From assembly GCF_009914755.1 (NCBI RefSeq), contig NC_060932.1: a DNA stretch of 64,000 bases; one strand, given 5' to 3'. Position 1 is the first letter of the stretch; each line of letters opens with the position of its first letter. The position numbers and the translations under genes were made by a program. Of this stretch, positions 1 through 14,903 are shown piece by piece. Below the pieces are notes generated by a model. That model did no database searches and was not told the DNA's origin. It saw only the letters and a program-made list of their open reading frames with translations. The stretch comes from the human T2T-CHM13v2.0 reference genome, Homo sapiens.

Positions 1-313
1 AAATAATATATTTCATTAAATAATACAAGAATTATTAAAATAATTCTTGATTACCTTCTTAACAATGAATAATATGGATATTATGGCATATAGAAATAAC
101 AAAATAAGTGAAACTACAGCCTTATCTAGTGTTCAGAACACCTTCAACATTATTCCTAACCCTCACCAAGCCTTTTCTACCCTTCTCTTATTAACACTCT
201 TCTCAGCTAAAAAGGTTTTAACTAAAAGGATATGTACTTATTTCACCAATAAACACTTGATATTAACCAAAAAGTCATACACCCACCCTATCAGTAAGGA
301 CAATAAAGAATAG

Positions 314-746
<433 letters not shown>

Positions 747-1986
747 TAGGTGATTTGTTTCCATGCCTTGTAAACAGTGCTCATTTGTCCTTCCTCTTGC
801 CTCAGATTTATGCTCTTCAATCCTCTTCCCATTAGAGCCTCTTTCACCCTTTAAACTCAGATAGGATGACCATGACCATGGTCAATTCATTTCCTGCAGG
901 TGATATTGTGTATGTGAGCATGTGTTTATTTAATCATAAAAATGTGGAATGAACTAGTCTGGAATACTTTTCTTAAGTTTTTTTCTGACAGAAGTAGTAG
1001 TATTTTAAAACATAAATAAAACTTCTTTTAAGTTTGCAGTTGGTATGTGGAGACAAGCAACATTAACTAAGATCAATTTATGGTGTTATTTCTCAACCAA
1101 TTAGAAAGAGAATTTTCTAGTTCTAAGACATATTCCTATAGGAATATTCCTTACAGTTCTTCTGTTTAGTCAATAGAAAAAAAACACTTAAAGGTCCTCA
1201 AGCTATTATTCTTCCTAGTCTCGATTCATTTGGCAGCCCATTAAAATATAATTTCATGGTGAGATTTATAATAGTATAAATATATCCGTAGTTTTTATAT
1301 TCTCTAAACTGTGATTTTCCCTTGCACTCTGCCCCTGAAAACTGTTTAAACTCTCTGTGAATACTTAGAAAATTTGTTCTTACATGGGTAAATGACTTCA
1401 TAAGAGAGAAAACAGCTTGGTTGGAAACAATAGGGTAATTTTGGTTTGGGTTAATAATAAGAGAAACTTAAACTTCTAGAAAATTCAGGTCATTAATGAT
1501 CCGAAGTATCACTAAAACATACTAGAGACTAATTTGTGTTCCACAAATCTGTATTCTTTCCAACAACTTCAGAGCTGGGATTGTATTTCTCCCTGGCCTC
1601 ACAATGCGTCACCGTAGCCTTGACTACAACAGAGCCATTGATTCAGAATACAAAGAGAGAATAGGGACTGTCCCTGAACAAGAGATGCCCTGTGACTCTC
1701 CTGGACCTGAGCAAATTCAGACTTTACCATAAATTCTATGCTATTTTACATTCAATCTGACAGAGTTCCTTGCAGTAAATAATTCAAGATTCATCAATTT
1801 AAAGTACAGATTGTTTACCAAAAATATCAACTTATAAAAACAAGCCTTCGATGAGTTCAGCATATACTCTTTTATGTTGGATGACATGATGACACATTAG
1901 GTAACACAGAAAAATATTTTGATATGTATTTAGAAACTAAATAGAGATAAAAAAAAAAGACCCAGAAAATTAGAAACTAGGCATGA

Positions 1987-2370
<384 letters not shown>

Positions 2371-3058
2371 TAGGATCTGGAATTGAAAATCATTAAATAC
2401 CATATTTTATTCTGAAATAAATATTAATGATCTTTTCAACAATATTATTACATCAAAAAGAATTTCTGATGTATACAGATATGCTAAGATAAATGTATAT
2501 TGGTGTCTGCTCACTGTAAAATTCTTCATCTCTTTTTCAAACACCAATAGCCAGAAGTTGAGCTTGATGTCTTCATGTCATTTTATAAACCACTGTGATT
2601 ATTATCTTTTATCATTACTAAATCTCCATTTTAGTAAAATCCGAATTCTCTGCCCTTCAAAAAGAAAAATGTTATACACGGAGCAGAAATCATTATATTA
2701 CTGGCTAGAGCCTTAATAGTCTGGTTTCAGAAAAACAGACCAAGATGAATGCAGAACTCAGTAAAAGATTGGCTTGCACTTTCAATGACTCCTCATCACC
2801 CCTAGACAAAGGCTAAATGCTTGGGCATGGCGTTCAAGTACACCAGCAATTTGCACCCTGCTCCTTCAGCACATTCACTCCCACCAAGTGCTTTTAAATA
2901 TAAAACACCCCAGATTGCTCATTTTTTTAAAATCCAACATTCACTCACTAAAAAAATAGTTGTTATGATGTCTTTAATATGTGTCAGGCACTTTTTCAGT
3001 ACTAGAAATACATCAGTGAACAAAACAGGAAAAAAATGCCTGCTACTGTGAACCTTGA

Positions 3059-3349
3059 TTTTTTTTTTTTTAAGACAGAGTTTCACTCTTGTTGCCCAGG
3101 CTGGAGTGCAATGGTGATCTCAGCTCACCACAACCTCCGCCTCCTGGGCTCAAGCAATTCTCCTGCTTCAGCCTCCCGAGTAGCTGGGATTACAGGCATG
3201 CACTATCACGCCCAGCTAATTTTGTATTTTTAGTAGAGACGGGGTTTCATCATGTTGGCTAGGATAGTCTCGATCTCTTGACCTCGTGATCCACCTGCCT
3301 TGGCCTCCCAAAGTGCTGGGATTATAGGCGTAAGCCACTGTGCCCGGCC
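3059..3349 (-). mobile_element. Alu, apparent Sc/Sp mosaic
   Basis: Full-length antisense Alu with poly-T; see finding. Confidence 0.92.
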
Positions 3350-3736
3350 GAAACTTACATTTTAATGGAGGAGAGAGAGAAAGAGAGAACAAGTAAATAA
3401 ATGATTATAACATTCTTTTCAATCAGCACTTTTCTCTTAAAGCTATTTTTAAAAGATAATTATCCCCCAAATTCATAACTTTTATGTTTATATAAAATGA
3501 ACACATTACAGATTTTATTCATTTAACTCAATCAATGAGGATACCAGGTAGGTGTCATTGCCATTTGAAAAGAGAATCTAAAGAACAGACTCATTTATAA
3601 ATCAGGAGTATTTAAATGAATGTGAAAATAGAGGCAAACCTGATTTTTCCAAAAGGGTTGAGAGGTAGGGAAGTCAACTGAATCTTTACCAGAAAAATTG
3701 AATTTGCATATCTATGGACAAAATTTATTTGCATTT

Positions 3737-4187
3737 TAGCGGGTTGAATAATAGAAGCCCAATAACAGATGTCCACATCTTAATTCCTAGACCCTGTGAA
3801 TGTTAACTCATTTGGAAAAATGCTTTTTGAAGCTGTAATTAGGTTAAGGATTTTAATTTGAAGAGATCATCCTCTATTACCAAGCTGAGGTCTGAATCCA
3901 ATGACAAATATTTTTATAAGACACCCACAGTGGAGATTTGGCAGCAGACGTGGGGAAGGCAATGTGATCACAGAAGCAGGTGTTGGAGAGGTGCAGCCAC
4001 AAGCCAAGGAATGCCTGGAGCCACCAGAAGCTGGAAGAGGCAAGAAATGGAAGCTCCCTTAGAGTCTTCAGAGGAAGTGGAGCTCTGATGACACCTTGAT
4101 TTCAAACTTCTGGCTCCAGAACTATGACAGAATCAATTTCTATTGTTTTATGCCACAAAGTTACAGCAGCCTGTGGAAGCTAGCACA
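3737..4187 (+). mobile_element. MaLR LTR (MLT1-like)
   Basis: gcagccacaagccaaggaatgcc, ccaccagaagctggaagaggcaag, gacaccttgatttc, ccagaactatgacagaat are MLT1 hallmark motifs. Confidence 0.85.
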
Positions 4188-4411
4188 CATTGCTATCAGT
4201 TACCCACAACTTACAGAACTGTAAAATAGCTCTCATAGAATCAGGTAGCCAGGAGGGGTAATCTGTAGATAATGTGTAGTTTCCATTGATGCACAATTTC
4301 CCCCTATGTACCTTAATAGCTTTTCCCAGACCTTCTCTACCTGTCAGAACTCTATGTATCCTTTAAAGCTAACTTCAAATGCCAGCAATGGCTGGTTGAC
4401 TGAATGATGGA

Positions 4412-4676
4412 CAGAGACAGGGTCTCACTCTCTTGCCCAGGCTGGAGTGTGGTGGCATGATCGTAGCTCCCTGAAGGCTTGAACCCCTGTGCTTAACTGA
4501 TCCTCCCATTTCAACATCCCAAAACACACCTGGCTAATATATATATATATATGTATTTTAGAGAAAGGGTCTCACTATAATGCCCAAGCTGGTATTGAAC
4601 TCCTAGCCTCAAATAATTCTCCTGTGTTGGCCTCCCAAACTGCTGGAATTACAGGTGTGAACTACCATGTCCAGCT
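4412..4676 (-). mobile_element. AluJ-like, degenerate with internal deletion and (TA)n linker
   Basis: gagacagggtctcactct...gcccaggctggagtg; cctcccaaactgctggaattacagg. Confidence 0.85.
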
Positions 4677-5966
4677 TATTTATTAATTTCTATTACATAT
4701 ATATTGGTGCCTCCAACTAGGATGGAACGCCTTGTCAATAACTCCTTTTGGCATTTATGGCACACCCTCTACATGTGCTTCCCAGGATGCTGTAGTAACC
4801 TAGCAGGGCACCATACACATAGGAAGTACTCATGGAGTTGAGCTGGAGAGAGCTGTGACCTATGATGACCAAGGGGAAAACTGGATGACTTCTGGTAATA
4901 ACTGAACTTTCTTTCTCCAAGCTTGGCATGCTGAAGCTTAGTGTTATAAAATGGATCTCATATCCAAAGATTCTGGTTCCATAAAAGTATTTGCCCCACA
5001 TCTAGCTAAAGGTTAAAAAAAAATCAACATCTAAGATAGGATGTTAGAAGGGTGACTTAAGAATAACTTTCTCTGTATCTTTCTGAGGATTCATTGGCAG
5101 CAAACTAATGGGCCTTGCACTCATGATTTTTTTCCTTCCAACACGCATGCCAAGTGTTTTATATATGACTAGAGTCTTTAAAAAGGCCTCTGGAATCTTA
5201 ATTCAAACTTGCTGTAGTTCACATATTTGCTCAAGCCTGGATTTCTAAGGGTCTACATCCATTCCAAGCATCAGTTCTTTAACAGTGTCAGTCCCATTGT
5301 CATAAATAAATCAATTAATTCTAATGGAAAAGGTGTGATTAATTTAAAATGTAACTATATGCTAAACTAGAGCTCAGGTAAGATTGGCTGAGCTCCTGAA
5401 AAGTGACAATAGCATCTTCTAGTTTCCATTTCTGGGTTCCACTTTGGATGCCAATTCTATTACAAGAATTTTAACATCAAGATCTTATCTGCCCATCATC
5501 TTTGCTGCACTTTCAGCTTCTCTACAACTCTGGGGTTTCTGGGAACTGCTGAGGATGTCTACATGCATCTTCAAATCATTTTGGAGCTGGGCTCACCTCT
5601 CATCACTAGTGATCAGTGCTTGGCTCTGCTGAGCTACCACAGTCTTATCAATGCTTCATTCCAGGCTGCCACTTGCCTATGCTGCCATTTTTGCTCAATG
5701 CTCAGCTCTGAGCCAAAGTTTGTCTGCTGCAATATGGTGGCTTATGCTGTCACTGCAGAGCCATCTAAACTTGTGGTTCCAGAACTACTTAGAAATTAGT
5801 TGCAAATGAAAAGCTGAAAGCCTTTCTCTCCTCCATTGCATCTATAAAAAAAAGAGTCCCACAACAGGACTCTGAGGAGCCACAGAATTACACTCAAATC
5901 TTTCATTCCATAGACACCTCTCCACCAGGCTGGTTTTAGGTAATGGCCTATATGTGGTGCTAAGGA

Positions 5967-6002
5967 TGCTCATCAGTGCTCATCAGTGCTCATCAATGCT
6001 CA
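5967..6002. repeat. 10-bp tandem repeat (tgctcatcag) x~3.5
   Basis: tgctcatcag tgctcatcag tgctcatcaa tgctca read directly. Confidence 0.9.
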
Positions 6003-6312
6003 GGTCTTATTTATGCCATGGCTAAACTACTTCCCTTAGGATGACTTCTCTCCTAGGCTACCCCTTGAAATTTAAATGCTGCCTCTCCCCATCTCAGTCC
6101 TCTCATTTCTTAAGATAAGGCTATATATTCTTGAAACTCATTTGTAGACACAGTTCAACTTTTTTTCCCAGGAAACTCTTAGGTCCAATGTTGAATGGTG
6201 GTTGCAAATAGATGCCTGAGCAACAGAGGTCTTACCTTATTCTAACAACAGATATTTCCAAATGTCAGGCCCTTCTTAGCTAGGACAAACCCTGCCCACC
6301 CCCACCATCTCA

Positions 6313-6363
6313 CTCTCTCTCTCTCTCACACACACACACAGACACACACACATGCACATACAC
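6313..6363. repeat. (CT)n(CA)n compound microsatellite
   Basis: Read directly. Confidence 0.9.
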
Positions 6364-9300
6364 CTTCACATAGAAAATTAACCTTTCCTCATGGGGCACT
6401 AGGGTAACTAAGATTATGTGATGTCTGATAAGTCATTACCAAACCTTTCTTTCAACTAAATGAAACGAAACATTCAAATTGGAATTACTGTGCAAATTTT
6501 ATATACTTTAAACTGATTTGAAATATTAATTTTACTAAACCATTAGTTTTACTGATGTAAACTTTTATTTTTAACCTTCTAGGAAACACATTTGAACCAA
6601 AATGATACATATTATCTTTATTTTGCAGCTGAGGAAGATTGAGGTTTAGTCCATCTATGGGGCACCTTCTTCCACCGCACTGCAATTTCCTTGAGGGCAG
6701 ATATTTAATCTGTTTCTGGCACCCTGCAAAGGGCAGGCCACATAGTTTAAAAAAGTATGTTGAACTGAACTAAAAGGAGTTGGATGATTTTTCTAAAATT
6801 GCACAGTCAGAAAACAGCACAGCTGGGACTAGAATACAATTTTGGGTCCAGCTTTCTTTAATATATATCTAACAAAAAGGTGTCTATAGTTTTGCATTCT
6901 GTGACCATATTACCGTGCTTATTTCTTTCTTCCCAGGAACTATACTTAACCTTTTAGATCAAATATGAGCAGCCCCTCAAGACCACTGGACCCTCCTCCC
7001 TGGCCTGCATATTTGGTGTAACTGCATCCAATTTCTTCAGCCTAAATAAACAAAAATCCTTATTAGGTCCTTTACTTTTTTCACAATCTTACTTTACTTC
7101 TTTATCTGCATTTGAATGAACTAAATAAGCTCATTACCTTGTTTCCTTTCCTTTCCTCATATTAATTCTTTCTCAAACTCACCTTTCTTAAGAACCAGCT
7201 TCAGTCACCTTAAGATTTCCAGAGTCAGTTGCATAATACTGAGTACAGTATTCCTGCACTCCAGTCTATCAAAAGCCCCTTTCCCTTGAGTGATTCCTAT
7301 CCTTTCTCTGTGCCTTGCCTGCAACCCATTCCGATTAGAAACCCAGTGGACAGAGAATGTGCGTAATGCTACGTTCACTTCAGAAGCCAGCATGAAATTG
7401 AACAGTACTGTCAGTAGCAGCTATGACCATATTAACATTCAGAATCTTAATTAACTAGAAGACAATTTCATTAACACAGTTATATTAAACGCTCTTAGGA
7501 TATGTTTACCTCATTTTAATTATTGCTAAAGTAATGGGCACCAGTGAGAAGCTGATACAATAGTGAAAGCCTCAGGAAAAATTCTCCGGAGCAATCTTCA
7601 AGGTGCTCTTATGCTTCAGAACACATAATCTTTATTGTTGCTAAATCATTTCTATACTGGAAGTAACTGCTATTAAGTAGTCAAAGCAATATGTTACACA
7701 TATTCTCATGTTTTAGAGACCATCTATGAATGGGTAAATATGCACGTTGGGTGTGTAGATAATTCAACACAGAAATTCTATTATTAATGGGAATTATGCA
7801 CTGCCTTCTATATGACACCAAAAACCTACCTCTAAAAACCTAATTATTACTTACTGCCTTCTCTTTATATGAAATAGTAAAACAATCATTAATGACTCAT
7901 AAGCCTCAGATTTTCACCATGAAATTCTTGTGCAATGTTACAAATGTCCCTGGACAGGTTGTGTTTTGTAGCTAATGCTAATAGAGGACAGGAGGCTATG
8001 GACAGTACATCCTTGAATTGCCTCTGAAAATAAAACTGTTCTTTTTTGTATACAAACACATCTCTATCTGAAATATACTTTTCCTTATATATCAAGAATT
8101 GACATAAAAGGGTCATTTCTGGAATACTCCATGCACAATTTTTTTATTTTCTGTATAGTAACTAAAATCCTAATCAATCAAACAATTTTTCCTAAGTTTG
8201 TAATAGCAGAATAAAGTCATAGTATTTAAATTTTGTTATTATTAAATAATTATGGGTCATCCATGCCTATAAAAAATCTCAATTTTTTATTTTAACTAAA
8301 TTCTGTATAATTTATTGAGTGCTAGTGCTAGAACTGGGTTTATCCCTCTCAGTGAACCAAGGAAGTGAGGATATTTTTGCCTTCTTGAAGTTCACAGCCA
8401 ATCAAGGAAAATCCATTGAATAAGTATTCATAGGACTGCTGAATGCTTTAAATGGGGATGGAGAGGCACTGACAGAAGCATATAGAAATATAATTTAACT
8501 TAAACAGAAGGCCATTGCCTCATGAGCTAGAGAATGGTCCACTGTGTCTTTCCATTAAGCAGTGCACGTAAGCCAATTCAGTAGTGCAAGGCAAACCTAG
8601 TTAGCTCTATTGGTTACAACTTCAAGCTATTATTTAATTCCATTTTGGATCACTTCACTTCTTTGTCATAGAGAAATCTCTTTCCATTCTTTCCCTTACC
8701 CAGGCTGGTTGTGCAGGTCTCTAGCAACATGACCTGAAAACTGGGTGTGAGAATATAAATGATCAAGCATAAACTCCTCCACTGGCAAGTGTGTATAAGA
8801 AAAGATCCTGCCGATTGGGTCAGTAGCTACATTGGTATGTGACTATGAAACTTACTGCTCAGGCATAGCTTAGAAATATCTTTAGATGAAGATGAAAAAG
8901 TGAAATTTTGCCAGCTTGTTTATTTAAATGCACCCTAAATATATGAGGAAAGAAAGGTGATATTTCATGGACTCTAGAACCAGAATTATGTACATTAAAA
9001 TACACACTGTATTTTTCAAAACCATTCTGCTCTCAAGCAGTAAAATGAAGGTACCAGGTTTTTATTGAAGCTTTTTAAAATAGGCAAGCACAGTATTTTA
9101 CTCACATGTACTAGGCAATCAAAAATATTTTGTTGAGTGAACGAATAAATGACTGCAGAGCTGAGTCAGTGGACTCAGGTCCTGGCCAGACCAAGTGCCT
9201 TTTTATGAGGAACCAAGTTTGCCTTCTAACAGGCTACACAAGATCAAATTGTGTTGGCAAGATAGGATTTTCCTGCATTTTTCTTTTGGCAACTTCGTTA

Positions 9301-10222
9301 CGAAGATTATTTTAGCTTCACTTTCCTCTCAAGGAGAAACTGACAAGACAGGAGCCTTTCCACCATCTTCCTCGATGAGTTTTGGTGAAATTACCACCTT
9401 GAAAAGGAGCACACAGCAGCCCTGACTGCAGATCTCCTGAGCATAAAGCAGCTGTTCTCCTCAGGACAGCTTGGGTCTCAGCAGGCACACTGCAAAGAGA
9501 GGGGAGGAAGAAGCAGGGAATAAGGGAGGAAAGCATTGCTTATTCCTGCTGGGACCCTCATTCCCACTTCGGATTCATCTGGGTTGCACGTTCTGTTAAG
9601 TTGACCAGACAGTGCCATCTCACCAAGACTTGCCTCTTACTCCCAAATAAATACTGAAGCATCTTGACAAGTAGGCACATAGTTCACTTCCTTTCTATCT
9701 GGACAGATGGCCACAGACAATTTTAACATGTGATTTTACCTAGAAGTGAAGAGGTGTCCACATGTCCTTAGAGAGTTGCACAGATGATTCCAAAGACAGA
9801 ACTGCCATGGGATTCAGAGATGGGAAATGTCACAAGGAAAAGTAGACATTGACCAGACGACATGGTTTTTCTGATGCTTGTTTGAGCCCACAATATGTTG
9901 GCATCATGTTATTCCTCCTAAAGAGAGTAATTTCTACAAATATTTAAATGACTGAAATAATATCATCTTCCAAATTCTCCATGGAGAAAAGAATCAAGCA
10001 CGAAATGCCCCCTGCCTTGTACATCTCAATTGTATTCTCCAATAGGAGATTTTTCCTGCTGTGTAGCCATCAGTGTGCGTGCCTCATAATGGGAATTAAC
10101 ACCTGCAAATGCCTGCCAAGTAATAAACATCATGATGTTATTATATTCTAAAGAAATTGGCCTTCATAAATCACGTAAGTTCAATGATGCGTCAACACAT
10201 TTGAATTAATCATAGATGATAC

Positions 10223-10731
10223 CAGTACGATAGGGCTCTCCTTATCCATGGTTTCATGTTGTGCAGTTTCAGTTACCCAGAAACAATTCATAACTTTAAA
10301 ATTGCACAGTGTTCTGAGAAGTGTGATGAAATCTCATGGCATCCTGCTCCTACCTGCCGAGGACGTGAATCATCCTTTTGTCTAGCATATCCACGCTGTA
10401 TACAGTCCCCACCCATTACTCACTCAGTAGCTGTTTATCAGATTCACTGTAGAGTTATCGCAGAGCTTATGTTCAAGTAACCCTTAATTTACTACATAAT
10501 GTCCCCAAAGCACAAGACTAGTGATGCTGCCATATTATTATAATTGTTCTAGTTTAACCTTAGTTATTATTATTAATCTCTTACTGTGCCTAACTGATAA
10601 ATTAAACCTTGTCATAAGTATATATCTATAGAAAAAAAAACATAGTACATACAGGGTTCCATACCATCCACAGTTTCAGGCACCCTGTAGGGGCCTTGGG
10701 ATGTTTTCCCCGTGGATAAGGGGAGACTACT
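10223..10731. mobile_element. TcMar-Tigger non-autonomous DNA transposon (MER44-like)
   Basis: Terminal inverted repeats ctccttatccatgg / ccgtggataagggagactact; internal gtgtgatgaaatctc and ttcaagtaaccctta motifs typical of MER44. Confidence 0.75.
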
Positions 10732-13700
10732 TATTCTTTTTGATAAAATGTGCATATGAAACAAGAACTGCAAGAACAAATGGGTAACTATGCAGGGTAC
10801 CTCCTGGTCTCGGTACAGAAAAAGTAACATATGGCTTTAAGCAAGGGTTTTCTTGATAAAAATTAAAATATCAGGTGCAATTGTTAACATTTTGAAAAAT
10901 TTTAAATGCCTCACCCACCTTCATTCTCTTAGCACCTATATCCATTCTGCCTCACTTTTTGACCCTTTCAATATATGGAAACAATGTACTACACTAAATT
11001 CCAGGTTTTAGCAGTTAAAAATCACTGAGAAAAACAGAAGGAGAGGTCTTACCACTGTTCTACTTACTACAACTCTCTCTGGATATCTCAGAGATGTGTT
11101 TGTGTTTCTTGGGTGGGAGAAGCACGTTGGTTAGCACAAGATTTGACAAATGTAATTTTCCATCCCACTGAATGAATTTTGTCCATCTTAAGATGACATC
11201 TTAAAGGACAAAATTTGAGGATTACTTTTTTGCAATTTGAATAATTTACACTATGTTTCTAAAACACTTGGTACAAATTCAAATCTTTTCCTTATGAAGC
11301 ATAACTGATATCACCTACAAAATAAGGTCAGATTTTCTTTATTACTGAAGTTAAAATTGCTTCAAACTGTTGTCTAAGTTAATCATAAGAGTCCTTCTCC
11401 TCTTCCCAGGGTCACCCTCCCTGAAAATTCCAAGGCCTCATGCCCTTGACACCTGTCAATCATTTCTTGAGGCTCTTTCCAACAGTTTGGGCTGGAATTC
11501 AGGTGTAGCCCTTTAAGGCTGGGGAGCCTCACTAACAGCCAGGCTGCTACTTATTCTCATAATTCCTGTAGCACATGCCTTGGAGTTCTTAACCATAATA
11601 TAACAGGACAGGAGGTGTCGAGTGGTGCCACCACTACTGCCATGTGGAGAATATTCCATGTGCCATGGTTGTGGGTGCATGTTCCTAGAGTCTCTCAGAT
11701 AACAGGTGGCAAGAATGAGGGGTCTCTCTTGCTCCTCAGATTTGGATTCACCAGTGGTCATTTCATGCCACCAAAAGTCTGCAATCCAGTCTTTCAGTTT
11801 CTTGGTTCGTACTCACAGGCCACACAAAGCTGCCCAATGGTATAATTTTGGCTAAATCAGGAAAGATTCCCAGCCTCAGCTGCAGGCTGTGCCTACACCT
11901 CAAGTCTTCCAGGACCACTTGATCTGGACATTAAGCCCAGAAGACTGCGTGTTCTGCCCTGCCAGCTGAGTACAAGTGCAGATTTCATAATGCATTGCTG
12001 ATAATCTAACAAAATTTGATTGCCAAAGGGAAGGGTTTGTGGTTTCCATCAATTTTCTCCTGAGGGCCTAGTTTTTGTCTTATTATGAACAATGATCCAC
12101 TCCTTCTAAAACAGAATTCCAGTTTTATAACCTTAAGAACGTTAATTGAGAGGCAAACAGGCTTGTTGGTCAACTTTTAAAAAGATGTCCTATTATAACC
12201 TTTCTGTAGGTTATTGGGTGCTGCCTTGCTGCATAGATTCATAACTTAACTCTGTCTTCCCAGAACACAGGCGAGCAGCTCCAAGGTAGCTTGTGGTCTT
12301 CAGGGCACTTCAATATCAAGAGAACAAGAAAAAAATTAGTAAACATAAATCTAAAGTAGGGATTTTACCACCTTTTTCAGATTTTTTTTTTTACATTAAA
12401 ACGTTCTTAAAATATTTGGAACATAAGAAGAGGTTTTTCATACTCCAGGATCACAGTCATGTAAATAAAAAGGCAAGTAACACATTATTTGAAAACCCAT
12501 CCATCCTCCTACCAGAGCAGAAAACTGAGTTCAGAAAAATTGAACTAAGGCCTTTGAAACTGGGCAACCCAGCATTTCCTGGACCATAGCAGGCATACAA
12601 GAAACATTGCTGATTAAAGAACAACTGTAGAAATCCATGTTATTTGGTGAAAGAGCTAGATCAGTGGGCCAGGCTTTCATTGCTGGCAAGAGACTTCTCA
12701 GGAGGGTGAGTGTTTGCTTCTTCCGTCTACTAGGGTTCCATCTATGTAGGTTTAATCCTAAAAATAACAACTTCCTTTTTCTTTCAGCATCCCTCCCTGC
12801 AGTGGTCCTTTCCTACAGATCAGGAGGACCAGATCACCTGTCAGTGCTCTTGTGGCCTCATAAAGAATAATCCTGCGTGCTCCTTGGTCACTCTTGAGAT
12901 GATGGAGGCTGTAACCCTGCTGACTTAGTCTTGGTCTCTTGGATTACATATATCAAGGATAAGGAGCTTTTATTTTTGAGGGTTAGCTGTGGTCACTGCA
13001 TGCCACCACTGGTCTGAAATGCAGCCCTATTCTGCTTTATTTAACTTTCATAGGCCCAGCCATAGGCTCATTGAGCAAGGTTGACTAGGTCAGGATTGGT
13101 TTCCAGCCTCCACTGTAGGCTGTGTCCAGAATTGCCTGTTCCTGGATCACTTGACCTTGACATTGATCTTTTGTCACAGGCTTCCCTCTCCTTCGCGACC
13201 AATACCCCTCAGTAAGAATTGGGATTGTCTTCTGTCAGATGAGCTCAGCCAGGGCCTTTTTAACCTATCAGAGAGCACTGAATAGCACTGATTCCCAAAG
13301 GAGGAGGAATTGAGTTCTCAATCTTTTTCCTCCTAGAAGACTAAATATTTCCTTATTAAAATCTCCACTTCTCCTGGAGCCACACACCATTTTCACAAAA
13401 CAAGGAATAACTGAGGATTCCATGACAAATGAAAATATTGCCTTGTTATATACTTCCCCTAGGATATTGTGTGTGTTGTTTTTTAAAAAATAGAACCATA
13501 ACGAGAAGCGTCTCAAGTCGATATTTCCAGAGCAAAGTCTGTCTGCTCCAAGATGCCTTGCCATCTCCTCCACGAGGCCAAGCAGTCCCTGGCAACATTC
13601 TTGGAAAACAACGTTTAAAAAGACACACACACAAAAAAAAAAAAGTTCTGCTTGTTGAATATCCCAATGTAAAGTGTGATATTTCAAAACTCCTTTTATT

Positions 13701-13997
13701 TGCTGCATATGTCAAACTAAGTTTGCTTAATTTCCTGTCTTGTCTTGCCTAAAACATGAATCTACATGAGACTATATCCTTTCTCTTATCTCCTTTTCTT
13801 TCCTTCTGTCTTCACTGTCCTAATTTTGTCCGATTCTTATTACTCTTGCTAAATTTTTCATTGGCAGTCTGCTTACTGAATATCTCAATGTTGAGAGGTG
13901 GGGGTGGTGACAAACTAGGATATGGAATTGTTATCATTAGCAAATAGCAATCATCTCAAGGGTATTAGTTCTTTTTTGACATAAAAAACACAAACTG

Positions 13998-14314
13998 AGC
14001 TGGGCACAGTGGCTCATGCTTATAATCCCAGCACTTTGGGAGGCTGAGACAGGAGAACAGCTTGAGCCCAGGAATTTGAGACTAGCCTAGGAAACATGGC
14101 AAAACACAATCTCTACAAAAAAAATTTTTTAAAATTAGCTGGCTGTGGTGGTGTGCACCTGTGGTCCCAGCTACTCAGGAGTCTGAGGTGGGACAATCAC
14201 TTGAGCCCGGGAGGTTGAGGCTGCAGTGAGCTGAGATTGCACCACTTCACTGCAGCCTGGGCAACACAGTGAGATGCTGTCCAAAACAAACAAACAAACA
14301 AACAAACAAAAAAA
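13998..14314 (+). mobile_element. AluJ-like with (AAAC)n tail
   Basis: Dimeric Alu structure; cacaaaact/cacaaact flanks. Confidence 0.9.
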
Positions 14315-14518
14315 CCCCACAAACTAATAGCCCAAAAATGTGTCCTCTCTCCTGAATTTATTCCATTTATTCCTATTAAATAAAATAATTAAAATAAGAA
14401 GAAAATAAGATAGAATAAAGAAAAAACTGTGGGTACATGATAGCATCTAAACTTCTGTTAGTTGGTCAAACCCATTGCCAAATATAACAATCACTGTCTG
14501 TAACCTCAAGATCTCTCT

Positions 14519-14903
<385 letters not shown>

